From contig OZ024753.1 of the NCBI GenBank assembly GCA_964016885.1, positions 45,632,001-45,696,000 on the forward strand: a stretch of 64,000 bases of DNA. The letters are read 5' to 3'. Source of the stretch: Eledone cirrhosa (Eukaryota). This document shows, piece by piece, positions 46,328-64,000 of the stretch (positions are counted from its first letter, which is position 1; every line of letters starts with the position of its first letter). Position numbers and translations under genes: made by a program. The notes under the pieces were generated by a model. It was not told the origin of the DNA, ran no database searches, and saw nothing but the letters and a program-made list of their open reading frames with translations.

Positions 46328-46632
46328 CTAACTATATTTCTTGAAAGATTTTTATATATTTCATATGGCTATTGTAATTCATTTGTCTATATTTATATAA
46401 TTTTTTTTGCTTTTCTTGATGAGACTTTCCAAGTATTTAGACATGTTTTATATAGCCTCGTCTGACGAACGAATGAAGACTTTTCTTTCGTATTCGCCTC
46501 ATTCGGGAAACCTCTGGTAATGAGGTAATTATATTGTATTGATTTTTATACATTAAATTTTGCTCTGGTACTTACATAGAGCACTCTTCACTTCTATGAC
46601 CTTTTCTGTTTTCAACGGAAATTTCAATACTT
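46328..46632 (+). mobile_element. HHR-bearing insert, family D
   Basis: Unique sequence containing HHR 46455-46526. The same microsatellite variant (ATTTGTATATATATACATTTGTATATAT) occurs on both sides (about 46215-46260 and 46663-46690). Confidence 0.6.
46455..46526 (+). ncRNA. Type I hammerhead ribozyme motif, intact core
   Basis: Stem I GCCTCGT 46455-46461 / ATGAGGT 46520-46526 (7 bp, 2 G-U); core CTGACGA 46462-46468; stem II CGAATGA 46470-46476 / TCATTCG 46499-46505 with an A-G mismatch at the base; GAAA 46507-46510; stem III CC-TCT-GG; triplet GTA 46517-46519. Confidence 0.87.
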
Positions 46633-46704
46633 ATATATATATGTATATATATTTGTATATATATTTGTATATATATACATTTGTATATATATATATATAT
46701 ATAT

Positions 46705-47356
46705 ATACGATATTAACAATTGGAAACTATATTTATAAAACCATATTTATTTCATTATACATAATTCATTATACATATTTCATAATTCATTATACATATT
46801 TCATAATTCATTATACATATTTCATTATACATAATGATTATTAACATTTCTAATTTTTATTTATTCATTTCATCTCAATTGTTAAGTTAACTCAACTTAG
46901 AGTTGTTCGTTCTCTCTCATTTTTTCCGTCTCCTCTCTCTCTCCATATTTCTCTCTCTGTTTATTCTGCTCTCTCTCTCTCTCTTTCCTTCTCTATCTTT
47001 CTATTTCTCCGTAACCCAACGGCTTATTTTTAAAATATCCAATACTAATAATTAACGCTATAACTCCACTATCCGGGAGCTTCCAACAGTAACGGTTGCA
47101 TTCTTTAAGGGTATGTCAATATTTATTTATAAAACTGATCTATTTATAAAACTGATCTATATTATATTTTATCTGATGAAAGCACACCATAATTTAACTT
47201 GGTGTCTTTGAAATATGTATAATGAAATAAATATGGTTTTATAAATATAGTTTCCCTTTGTTAATATCGTATTTTTATTCCAAATATTTGTTGAGTGCTT
47301 TATATCAGTTATAAAAATATTTGATTGTTGTATCCCAACAATTTAAATAGAACTGT

Positions 47357-47359
<3 letters not shown>
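46705..47359 (+). mobile_element. Fold-back Penelope-like element, family B
   Basis: 46705-46762 is the reverse complement of about 47215-47272, followed by tandem copies of CATTATACATATTTCATAATT. HHR at 47165-47229. The tail with TGTTGAGTGCT (47289-47299) ends at (TA)n; (TA)n also upstream. Confidence 0.75.
47165..47229 (+). ncRNA. Minimal type I hammerhead ribozyme with near-palindromic stem/loop III
   Basis: Stem I TATTTTAT 47165-47172 / ATGAAATA 47222-47229; core CTGATGA 47173-47179; stem II AAG(C)ACACCA / TGGTGTCTT; GAAA 47210-47213; TATGTA (TATATA in the related copy near 270-300); cleavage predicted after A47221. Confidence 0.83.
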
Positions 47360-47410
<51 letters not shown>

Positions 47411-48139
47411 TCGACTGGTTCCATTCAGTCTCTCAGAAACACTCGCTTTAAGTAGATACCATTTTATATAATTTTCTGTATAAAATGAATAGTCTATGAA
47501 TTCTAGATATGTATCGTCTGCTAAACGATACGTGCAAGTTTTGGTAGTAATCTATGTAAAAGTTGTTTTTAAGAGATATTTTCTTTTATTCTCATGTATA
47601 TGTGATTGTCCTTTCTGGTTCCATATCATATAATTAAATTAAAGTTCAATAATTTACAGTTGCTCCTTATAAGAGATATCTACAGATAAATTCTTGTCAA
47701 ATTAATATCCTAGCAACGAATACCCGTTACATTTATCACTTCTGTAATATATAACGAACTACGTTTTCTGTTATTGTAACTAAGAGCAATGTCCCAGAGC
47801 ATCAGATTCTACACCATGTATGCTGAGAAATATAAGCATCCCTTGTCAATTTGCCTTCATAATATAATCAGTCATTACGTCTGACAGCTACATTACACCT
47901 TTTATTAGACAAATTCTATGGAATGGTGCTGATGAGATAATCGCTTTAGAAAATTTAAATACTATGGCACACATAAGACCTTCGTAAGTACGTCCCCAGG
48001 GATGTAAGACCATCTTCAGTATCGACTTAGTTAAATATTTGTGTAATAAATGTAACAGAAACGACATTCTATTTCAATGAGAAGTCGACTTACTCAACGT
48101 CTCCAATAAATGAATAAAAAATGACTACTTCTTTATAAA

Positions 48140-48346
48140 GTGGGTTGGCAGTATCGGTAGTGTAGGACAACATGTTATACGGCATATATTTACGTCCTCT
48201 ACGTTCTGATTTCAAATACTGCTGAAGTTAGCTTGGCCTTTCATTCTTATGGTGTCGATAGAATAAAGTACCAGTAACGCACTGGGTCGATTTAATCGAG
48301 TTTCACCTTCCTGCAAAATTGATGGCTTTGTGCCTAAATCAGAAAC
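48140..48346 (+). mobile_element. tRNA-derived SINE, older long variant
   Basis: TGGCAGTATCGG head, GGTGTCGATAGAATAAAGTACCAGT core, tail TTGTGCCTAAATCAGAAAC. Confidence 0.8.
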
Positions 48347-48354
48347 GCTTATTT

Positions 48355-48598
48355 AGTCTATACTATATTATAGTTTCTAGTTTATAACTATACTATAGTT
48401 TCTAGATTATAACTACAGTATAGTTTCTAGTTTATAACTATACTATAGTTTCTAGATTATAACTACACTATAGTTTCTAGTTTATAACTATATTATAGTT
48501 TCTATTTTATACATATGTTATAACTATACTATAGTTTCTAGTTTATACCTAGTTTATAACTATACTATAGTTTCTATTTTATACATATACTATAGTTT
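48355..48598. repeat. 25-bp minisatellite TATAGTTTCTAG(T/A)TTATAACTA(T/C)AC
   Basis: About 9 imperfect units immediately after the SINE at 48140-48346. Confidence 0.9.
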
Positions 48599-49329
48599 CC
48601 ACCGAAATGTAATTAGCACATTTGTATGTATCGTATGTAAAACATAGACAGTGATCCAGTTTCCTCTTCAGATAATACATGGCTTATAGTTATTAAAGTA
48701 TTTGTATTTTCTATATTTTTTTCTATTTTGCTTTGCAGTGTCATGCGTTAGCATGCGTAGAAATTTGTATGCGTCTGTCCAGAATTGTCTTTCCATTTAG
48801 TTAGTTCCGTGTACATTGCAATAAATTTGCCGTCTTTGAAAGATATATAATTAAACATTAGTTATAATGACTTTAATTAACCTTACCAATTCAACTTTTA
48901 TATGAATTAGCATAAGATATAATTATCGTTTCTGTTGTTGTTTTTTTGCTTCATTAATCCTATTCAGATGTATTCAAAGATGGCTTCATTTTGGTAATGT
49001 CTCATTTAATAATCGTACTCATCATCATCATTATCATAATTATATATTACAGTCTCCATCACGATGGTATTTGGTGTGGAAAATGAAATGACACAACTGT
49101 ATATTCTTTTTATGGAAATATGTTTTCTTTCATAATTAATCAGTTTCCTGTAATGTCCTTATATGGAACTCAAAAACGATAGTTTGATCTGCTAGAACAT
49201 TAACAGAACCTTTACCATGTCATATATTCAGACATGACAACCCTTAAAAACCCAAACGGAGAGAATCATGAAAAAAAAATTGACCCAAAACGGGGAGAAA
49301 TGAGGCGAAATGGGGATATTTTACATAAT

Positions 49330-49432
49330 TGTTTCTACTTTAGGCACAAGGCCAGCAATCACCCAGTGCATTACTGGTACTTTATTTTATCGACCCCGTA
49401 AGGATGAAAGGCAAAGTCAACCTCGGCGGGAT
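49330..49432 (-). mobile_element. 5'-truncated SINE with TSD
   Basis: TSD GGGATATTTTACATAAT at 49313-49329 and 49428-49444; the truncation point overlaps the TSD by GGGAT. Confidence 0.9.
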
Positions 49433-49617
49433 ATTTTACATAATGAAAGCTATACCCATTTTCAGAAGAGAAGACATCGCTCACCCACTTCAAAATGGGT
49501 GAGAGATGTTCGCGTCAGACGAGGAGAGTTGACAAGTCTGTATATTTAATGTTTAAAGTAAAACATAAAGGAATAAGACTCAAGACAATGTAGTGTTCCC
49601 TGATATATTCAGATAAT

Positions 49618-49793
49618 TGTTTCTACTTTTGGTACAAGGCCAGCAATTACCCTGTACGTTACTGGTACTTTATTTTATCGACCCCGTATGGATGAAAGGC
49701 AGTGTTAACCTCGGCTGGATTTGAACTGAGACCGTAAAGGGACGTAACTATGCTAGAAAGCATGTCCGACCCTCTACCGATACTGCCAATTCA
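49618..49793 (-). mobile_element. tRNA-derived SINE, full length with TSD
   Basis: TSD CCTGATATATTCAGATAAT at 49599-49617 and 49794-49812. Confidence 0.9.
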
Positions 49794-51494
49794 CCTGATA
49801 TATTCAGATAATAATGTTAGGACATGGCTTGACTATCTTTCATTCTAATTGTTCTGGATTAAGAAGAGTCAAGAAGTAAAACTCGACAACAGCATCAATA
49901 TACATTTTCTGACAAATTGTGGGGAAAAGAAAAAGGAAAGAAACAAAACAAAATACCAGCTCGCTAATAAGTATTGATACTTTACTTGAATAATTTGATT
50001 TGAAATATATATAATACATTCTTTTATTAGATTACCAGGTTTATACAGAATATAACAGAGTATCAGTGCACAATGTCACGCTAAATGTCTATTAAATATT
50101 CACTAGTATCTCCGTTGTACTAAAGTTGACTAGAGAGTAATAAAGGTACGTAACGCACACCTCACACCTGACACAACTTTGATAAATCGAATCAAATACC
50201 AAATGTCGCAATTTTCTGCTTGACATTCTATAATCAATAGTTAGCAGACATATTTCGTCTCGTATACTGGAGCTAGGTGAGAGGAAGACAGAAAGAAAAA
50301 AAGAAAAAACACTCTTCTTCTTCTTCTTCTACCAAATCCACAACTATAATCACCAACACCACCAGCATCACAACTCCCCACCATCACCACCACTACTACT
50401 ATTTTTTTTCCTTCTTCGTCTTGTTTCTTTTTCTTTTCTCTCTCTCTCTCCCTCTCTTTATCTTACCCTCTCTCTCCCTCTATCTAGATCTCTCTCTCTC
50501 TCTCCCTATCTCCACCTTTGTCTCTTCCCCCGTTTTCATAGCTTTCTGGTTAATTTATTCGTTTATTTCCTTGACAGTATATGCCTGGCATCGTATTCTA
50601 AGTTATCTACATTCTACTTTGGTCTTTCAAACAGAAAGAAACTAAAAGAAAAAAAAAAGAAGAATCGATTTTTAAGCGTAGCAACAACAACAACCATAAC
50701 AAAAAGAACCATAACAAATACAACAATAACAATAACAATATCAACAACAACAAACAGTCATAGGCAACAAGTAAATCACAATAGCATACGCAGTGTGTGA
50801 GTTCCGAAATGTGGATATACCACGGATAATTTTATGGGGAATAATCTAATAGAAAAAGCTAATAAAAGTCTTTTATATCCAAATGTTAGGATATAGCGAT
50901 GAGGTAAAAGCACAGATGCTGTTGCTGCAAATAATTTTCCTCCGTATAATATTACGAATGCAATGTTTTTCTCTTGATTTATTCATTAGAAAATGATGCC
51001 GCCATATTAAGGATGTAACAGTGAATAGTAATGAGAGGTTGTTCTGCATGGTATCGCTACGTTTGTTTTCATTATTTTACTTGTTTCGGTCATGCTGGAG
51101 CACTTAACTGAAATTTCTAGCTGCTCATATCGAAAACAATATTATATAGATATATATTTTTTTTTCATTTTGTAACGTCTGGTACATAGGTTAGAGATCA
51201 TTGACTGGCATATATACCCAAACACAAACACACATTCATATACACACGTTCACAAACACACATTCACATACACAAACACACACATTCAAAAACACACATT
51301 CACACACACATATTCACATACGCACACACACATTCATATACACACATTCACACCACACAGACACATTCATATACACACATTCACACACAACCATATATAA
51401 ATCACACACAAACGTGTAGTCACGGAGAGAAAAAGAGTGAAAGGGAAAAAACAAGAGTGGGTTCGATTCTTCATTCGTGCCTCTATTATATAAA

Positions 51495-51557
51495 CATATG
51501 TATATATATATGAATGAATATATATATATCATATATATATATATATATATATATATC

Positions 51558-51595
<38 letters not shown>

Positions 51596-51602
51596 GTATA
51601 TA

Positions 51603-51645
<43 letters not shown>

Positions 51646-51656
51646 ATGTATATATG

Positions 51657-51703
<47 letters not shown>

Positions 51704-51923
51704 ATATATGTATATATATGTATGTATATATATGTATATATATGTATATATGTATATATATATATGTATGTATATATATGTATATATATGTATATATGTA
51801 TATATATATATGTATGTATATATATGTATATATATGTATATATGTATATATATATATGTATATGTATATATGTATATGTATATGTATATATATATGTATG
51901 TATATGTATATATGTATGTATAT

Positions 51924-51964
<41 letters not shown>

Positions 51965-52226
51965 TATATATATGTATGTATATATATGTATATATATATA
52001 TATGTATGTATATATGTATGTATATATATGTATATATATATATATGTATGTATATATGTATGTATATATATGTATATATGTATGTATATATATGTATATA
52101 TATATGTATATATATGTATGTATGTATGTATACTATATATATGTATGTATATATATATGTATATATATATAAGAATATATATGTATACATATATATGTAT
52201 ATATATGTATATATATATATGTATGT

Positions 52227-52281
<55 letters not shown>

Positions 52282-52293
52282 TATGTATGTATG

Positions 52294-52324
<31 letters not shown>

Positions 52325-53543
52325 GTGTATATATGTATGTATCTATATATATGTATGTATATAGATATATATGTATATATATATAGAGAGATATATAGAT
52401 ATATATGTATATAGATATATATATAGATATATATGTATATAGATATATATATAGATATATATATATATATATAGATATATATGTATATAGATATTATATA
52501 TAGATATAGATGTATATAGATATATATATAGATATATATGTATATAGATATATATATAGATATAGATGTATATAGATATATATATAGATATATATGTATA
52601 TAGATATATATAGATATAGATGTATATAGATATATATATATAGATATAGATGTATATAGATATATATATATAGATATAGATGTATATAGATATATATATA
52701 TAGATATAGATGTATATAGATATATATATATAGATATAGATGTATATAGATATATATATATAGATATAGATGTATATAGATATATATATAGATATAGATG
52801 TATATAGATATATATATAGATATATATATAGATATATATGTATATATATATATATAGATATATATAGATATATATATAGATATAAATGTATATATATATA
52901 GATATATATATAGATATATATGTATATATATATGTATATATATAGATATATATGTATATATATATAGATATATATATAGATATATATGTATATATATAGA
53001 TATATATGTATATATATAGATATATATGTATATATATAGATATATATGTAGATATATATATAGATATATATATATGTATATATATATATATAGATATATA
53101 TAGATATATATGTATATATATATAGATATATATAATGTATATATATATATATAGATATATATATAGATATATATGTATATATATAGAAATATATATAGAT
53201 ATATATGTATATATATAGAAATATATATAGATATATATGTATATATATAGATATATATATGTATATATGTATATATATATATAGATATATAATAGATATA
53301 TATGTATATAAATAGATATATATGTATATATATAGATATATATATAAATAGATATATATGTATATATATAGATATATATATGTATATATGTATATATATA
53401 TATATAGATATATATATAGATATATATGTATATATATAGATATATATGTATATATATAGATATATATATATATATAGATATATATGTATATATATATATA
53501 TATATAGATATATATGTATATATATATAGATATATATAGATAT

Positions 53544-53608
<65 letters not shown>

Positions 53609-53735
53609 TGTACATATATATATATATAGATATATATGTATATATATAGAGAGAGATAGATATATATGTTATATATATAAATATGTACATATATATATAT
53701 ATGTATATATATATATATGTACATATATATATATA

Positions 53736-53783
<48 letters not shown>

Positions 53784-53820
53784 GAGAGATAGATATATAT
53801 GTATATATATAAATATGTAC

Positions 53821-53852
<32 letters not shown>

Positions 53853-54509
53853 GTACATATATATATATGTACATATATATATATATATATAGATATATAT
53901 GTATATATATATATATATATATAGATATATATGTATATATATATATAGAGAGAGAGATAGATAGATAGATATATATGTATATATATATATATATGTATAG
54001 ATATATATAGATATATATGTGTATATATATGTATATATATATATATATAGATATATATATAGATATATATGTATATATATATATATATAGATATATATGT
54101 ATATATATATATATATAGATATATATGTATATATATATATGTATATAGATATATATAGATATATATGTATATATATATATGTATATAGATATATATGTAT
54201 ATATATATATATATAGATATATATGTATATATATATATATATATATAGATATATATGTATATATATATATATATATATAGATATATATATATGTATATAT
54301 ATATATATAGAGAGAGAGATATATATGTATATATATATATAGAGAGAGAGATATATATGTATATATATATATATATAGATATATATGTATATATTTATAT
54401 ATGTATATATAGATATATATATATATATAGATATATCTGTATATATATATATATAGAAATATATATGTATATATGTATATATATATATATATATATAGAT
54501 ATATATGTA

Positions 54510-54558
<49 letters not shown>
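51495..54558. repeat. (TA)n array of about 3 kb: TATG domain then TAGA domain
   Basis: The interruption type switches near 52380. Confidence 0.97.
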
Positions 54559-54560
<2 letters not shown>

Positions 54561-55917
54561 CATTCCTAACATTCCGTTCTGACACAGATATATTCACCCA
54601 ATATTTAAATATTATGATTTGTGTTAAATATTTGACGAATTTTATAACATATTTAAAAATAAAATTAAAAAAAAACAGAAGGCAGAACATAATGTGAGTA
54701 TAACATAAATTTCGATAGTAGAGAGATGAATTAATAAACTTCGGAATATACACACCCATAAAGTTGATAATATTAAAGCGTCAATCTCAATATAAAACTT
54801 TGATTAAATATTTTGATTTATGATATCAAAGTGATTCTTTTCAAGCAAAACATTTGATTCTTCGAGAATTTCAATAATTGTGTAATGGAAATGAAAATAT
54901 GTAAAAAAAAAAAATATATATATATAATTATATAAATAAAGAAAATTAAAGATATTGTTGATGATCGGGATGGTGATAATAATAATAATAATTGGTATGA
55001 TAATGATGATAATAATAATATTCATATTATTGATAAAATCAATAATAATAAATTGATGTTTCTTTGTCACTCCTCTTATATAAATAGACGCATACACACG
55101 TTCATTTGTGAGCACATCTGCATACACATAATCGAGAACACACAGCCACTCACACACAGACATATATATATGTATGTATATATATGTGTGTGTGGATATT
55201 TGATATATATGTTTTTTTTATACATATATATGTATATATATACACACATACACATGCGCATATATAGAGAAGCATTGAGAGTGACACAGAGAGATGTGTG
55301 AGATATATAGAGAGAGAGAAAGAGAGAGTGAGAGAGAGAGAGAGAGGATTGAAATGAATTATATTGTAAATATAGAAATTTACAGATAAGATTTGTAATA
55401 TTCTCTGCTCCTTTGCAGTAAAAGACAGAAATAAAAATTATAAGAAGAAAATAGCCCAAAAAAAAGAAGAAAAAAGCAATTCTAAATAACACTGCATATA
55501 TATGTCTTTCGAAGATTTAAATATATAAGTTTCGAAGATTTAATATAGTAAGTGATTATTGAAATTGCCACTGCAACCATTTGTGTAAAGTTTGTGTTAT
55601 TAGAGTAACAAATGTCATATTTAATGAATAATTCAAAAATAATAATCGCATATGAGTATTTTTATGCATTCACGCAACGAAAATATGCCAAGACCCAAAT
55701 ATACATACGTTTACAGATATAGAGTTGGATATAGACACAAAAAAAAAACAACATACACACACATTGAGGCACACTGAGGAACACATATACACACACGAAA
55801 ATGATGAAAAATTATTTGTAATTCATTTTCATTTTTTCGTAGTTCATATGAAACCATATCAGACAGGTTATTATATATTATATGAAGCTATCATCTCGTC
55901 GGTTATATCCAAAATAG

Positions 55918-55929
55918 TATATATATATG

Positions 55930-55961
<32 letters not shown>

Positions 55962-56262
55962 GTATATATGTGTGTATATATGATTGTATGTATGTATATA
56001 TGTGTGTGTATATATGATTGTATGTATGTATATATATATATATGTATATATGTGTGTGTATATATGATTGTATGTATGTATATATATATATATGTATATA
56101 TGTGTGTGTATATATGATTGTATGTATGTATATATATATATATATATATGTATATATGTGTGTGTATATATGATTGTATGTATGTATATATGTGTGTGTA
56201 TATATGATTGTATGTATGTATATATGTGTGTGTATATATGATTGTATGTATGTATATATGTA
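55918..56262. repeat. Minisatellite ATATGTGTGTGTATATATGATTGTATGTATGT with variable TA spacers
   Basis: About 7 units. Confidence 0.92.
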
Positions 56263-56436
56263 TAAATATACATGTGTAGTTGGAATATAATGCAATGCAT
56301 TTACAAATCAATGTTCATAACTCACAATCTGCAGGTAGATATGCTTAGATGCCGCAAAACAGACGGTCTGGTGTTTAAAAATCAGAGTTTCATCAGACGC
56401 CCCAAGGTTCCTAATTCTCGAAAATTAGAAAGTGTA

Positions 56437-56556
56437 GTAAGATACCACCTGACCATAACGCAGCAGAGTACTCGATACTTAGGGTAGTAGAGTGGGTAAT
56501 AAGCAAAGAGTCAGGACCCCGATGGCTGAACGCCGCCCTTTCGACACCTAGATCCG
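56437..56556 (-). mobile_element. Family C copy with HHR 3' half
   Basis: Minus strand GTC-GAAA-GGGCGGCGTTCAGCCA-TC-GGGGTCC...TATTACCCACTCTACTACCCTAAGTATCGAGTACTCTGCTGCGTTATGGTC, homologous to 40661-40760. Confidence 0.75.
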
Positions 56557-56588
56557 ATATATACATACATACATACATATATACATGG

Positions 56589-56634
<46 letters not shown>

Positions 56635-56645
56635 ATATATATATA

Positions 56646-57005
56646 TCAGATATTGAGTTACACACTCAAAATAGTCTCTTACAATTAAATAGTTCCAAGA
56701 AAGAAGTTTTTCCGAGCCGTGTAATATAATTGAATATATACAAGTGAGATAAACACAAATATAAACATACATGTGTTCAAAATATAAAGGACCAAGTTCA
56801 CTAGGGTAAAAAAAAATACTAACTATAACAATATGGTTTGCCGGACTTAATTTAAAGTAATAAATCAAGAAAAAGAAGAACAAACCTATATTTGGCAACT
56901 GCTTGAAACACCCAGACAGTTGTAGGACTGTTGCGCAAAATTATTTCGCAATTCGAACACATGTATGTTTATATGTGTTTATCTCTCTTGTCTATTCAAT
57001 TATCT
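56646..57005. mobile_element. Fold-back insert with heavily decayed HHR-like motif
   Basis: Inverted arms of about 55 bp (56726-56784 and 56951-57003). Between them lies AACTGC-TTGAAAC...ACAGT TGTAGG ACTGT...GCAA-AATTATT-TC-GCAATT. TA flanks. Confidence 0.5.
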
Positions 57006-57784
57006 ATATATACACACACACACACACATATATATATATGTATGTATGTTTATGTATGTGACAGTGGGCCTCATATGTCACTTGGCTTTGTTAAACATTA
57101 TGATTTCAAAGTGATATTTACAGCATCAGGAAACTTTCTGCGTCTTGATTCTCAAAGTATTTCATGAAGAAGAAGATTATATATATATATATATATATAT
57201 AGTAATCTTCACACAATCAGGTGTCGATATAATCTTGAAAGCAATGTACTGCAGTCTCCCCCTCTCTCTCTCTCTATCTCTTTCTCTCTCTCTTTCTCTC
57301 TCTCTATCTCTCTCTCTCTCTCTTTATCTCTCTCTACCTCTCTCTCTCGTCCCATCTATCTATCTCTCTCCCTTTCCATTTAACATATTACCATGTACAA
57401 GGAAGAATGGCAGGGTTATATATCTGGAATGCCGAACAGGCGTTCTCGCAAAAACAATTTAGCTAATTACATATGCATGAAAATCACCTTTTACGAAAGA
57501 TAAAGCAATTCATTATATATATCACACCTTTGTAGGTAAGGGAATGAGATCAATAAATATTAATTGCATGTCCATACATATAGAGGCACAGATATTTACA
57601 TTAATTCAAATATCTTTGTCACTATCTCTCAATGTTTCTGGACATTTACACACACACATGCCCACACACACCCATATATATATATATGGGTGTGTGTATG
57701 TGGCGCTATGTATGCGTGTATATATATATATGTATATATCCACAAACTCACACGCATGTACATATATCTATATATACATGTGAG

Positions 57785-63680
<5,896 letters not shown>

Positions 63681-64000
63681 TTTGAACAGATTTCACTGAA
63701 TGGAGCCAATGGCAAGGAAGCTAACCTAGCAATTAACAGCACTGAAAACAATTCTATTCAATTCAATTCTTTATGAATCTTAGAATCCCGAAATATACAA
63801 AGAAATAGCTATTGATATCAGTAAATAGAAAAATTAGACATTACGTTATCCGCCATTTAACTCGGTTGCGATGTAAATGTGACTTACGTTTCACTGGATT
63901 ATACATAATGCATGGCTGTACACAAAGGAGGGAACACTTGGAGAGGATTATAACTTCCAATCGTCATCGTCAACGGCCACGTTTTGATTGGATTCCCTTT

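Noticed and set aside
47923-47970. CTGATGA...GAAA-ATTTAAAT
   Set aside because: No stem II and no UH triplet in register with stem I; a possible LINE-end similarity here is also too weak to call.
55053-55082. Possible Tc1/mariner terminal repeat (minus TATAAGAGGAGTGACAAAGAAAC)
   Set aside because: No partner TIR or transposase remnant found.

Overview
Very AT-rich eukaryotic non-coding DNA (intronic or intergenic). From recalled SINE sequence and microsatellite load it is most likely a cephalopod (Octopus-type) genome; this is inference, not verified. I can support no host protein-coding gene. Nearly all long ORFs in the track are translations of (TA)n, (CAC)n, (GTT)n or (ATG)n repeats. The window holds several kb-scale interrupted (TA)n arrays, about 10 copies of one tRNA-derived SINE family (several with clear target-site duplications), and two LINE 3'-end fossils (RTE-like and L1/Tx1-like). 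The main signal is a population of at least 12 short (about 70-650 bp) non-coding inserts in or next to (TA)n microsatellites. Most have a fold-back architecture with both 3' ends facing outward and carry type I hammerhead ribozyme (HHR) motifs. Four motifs have intact catalytic cores (8475-8525, 19618-19672, 46455-46526, 47165-47229); several more are decayed or half copies. Several otherwise dissimilar families share a T(A/G)T(T/C)GAGT(A/G)C(T/C)-like motif about 40-60 nt from their 3' ends. This fits non-autonomous Penelope-like or retrozyme-like elements targeted to (TA)n. All folds were derived by hand, not computed.
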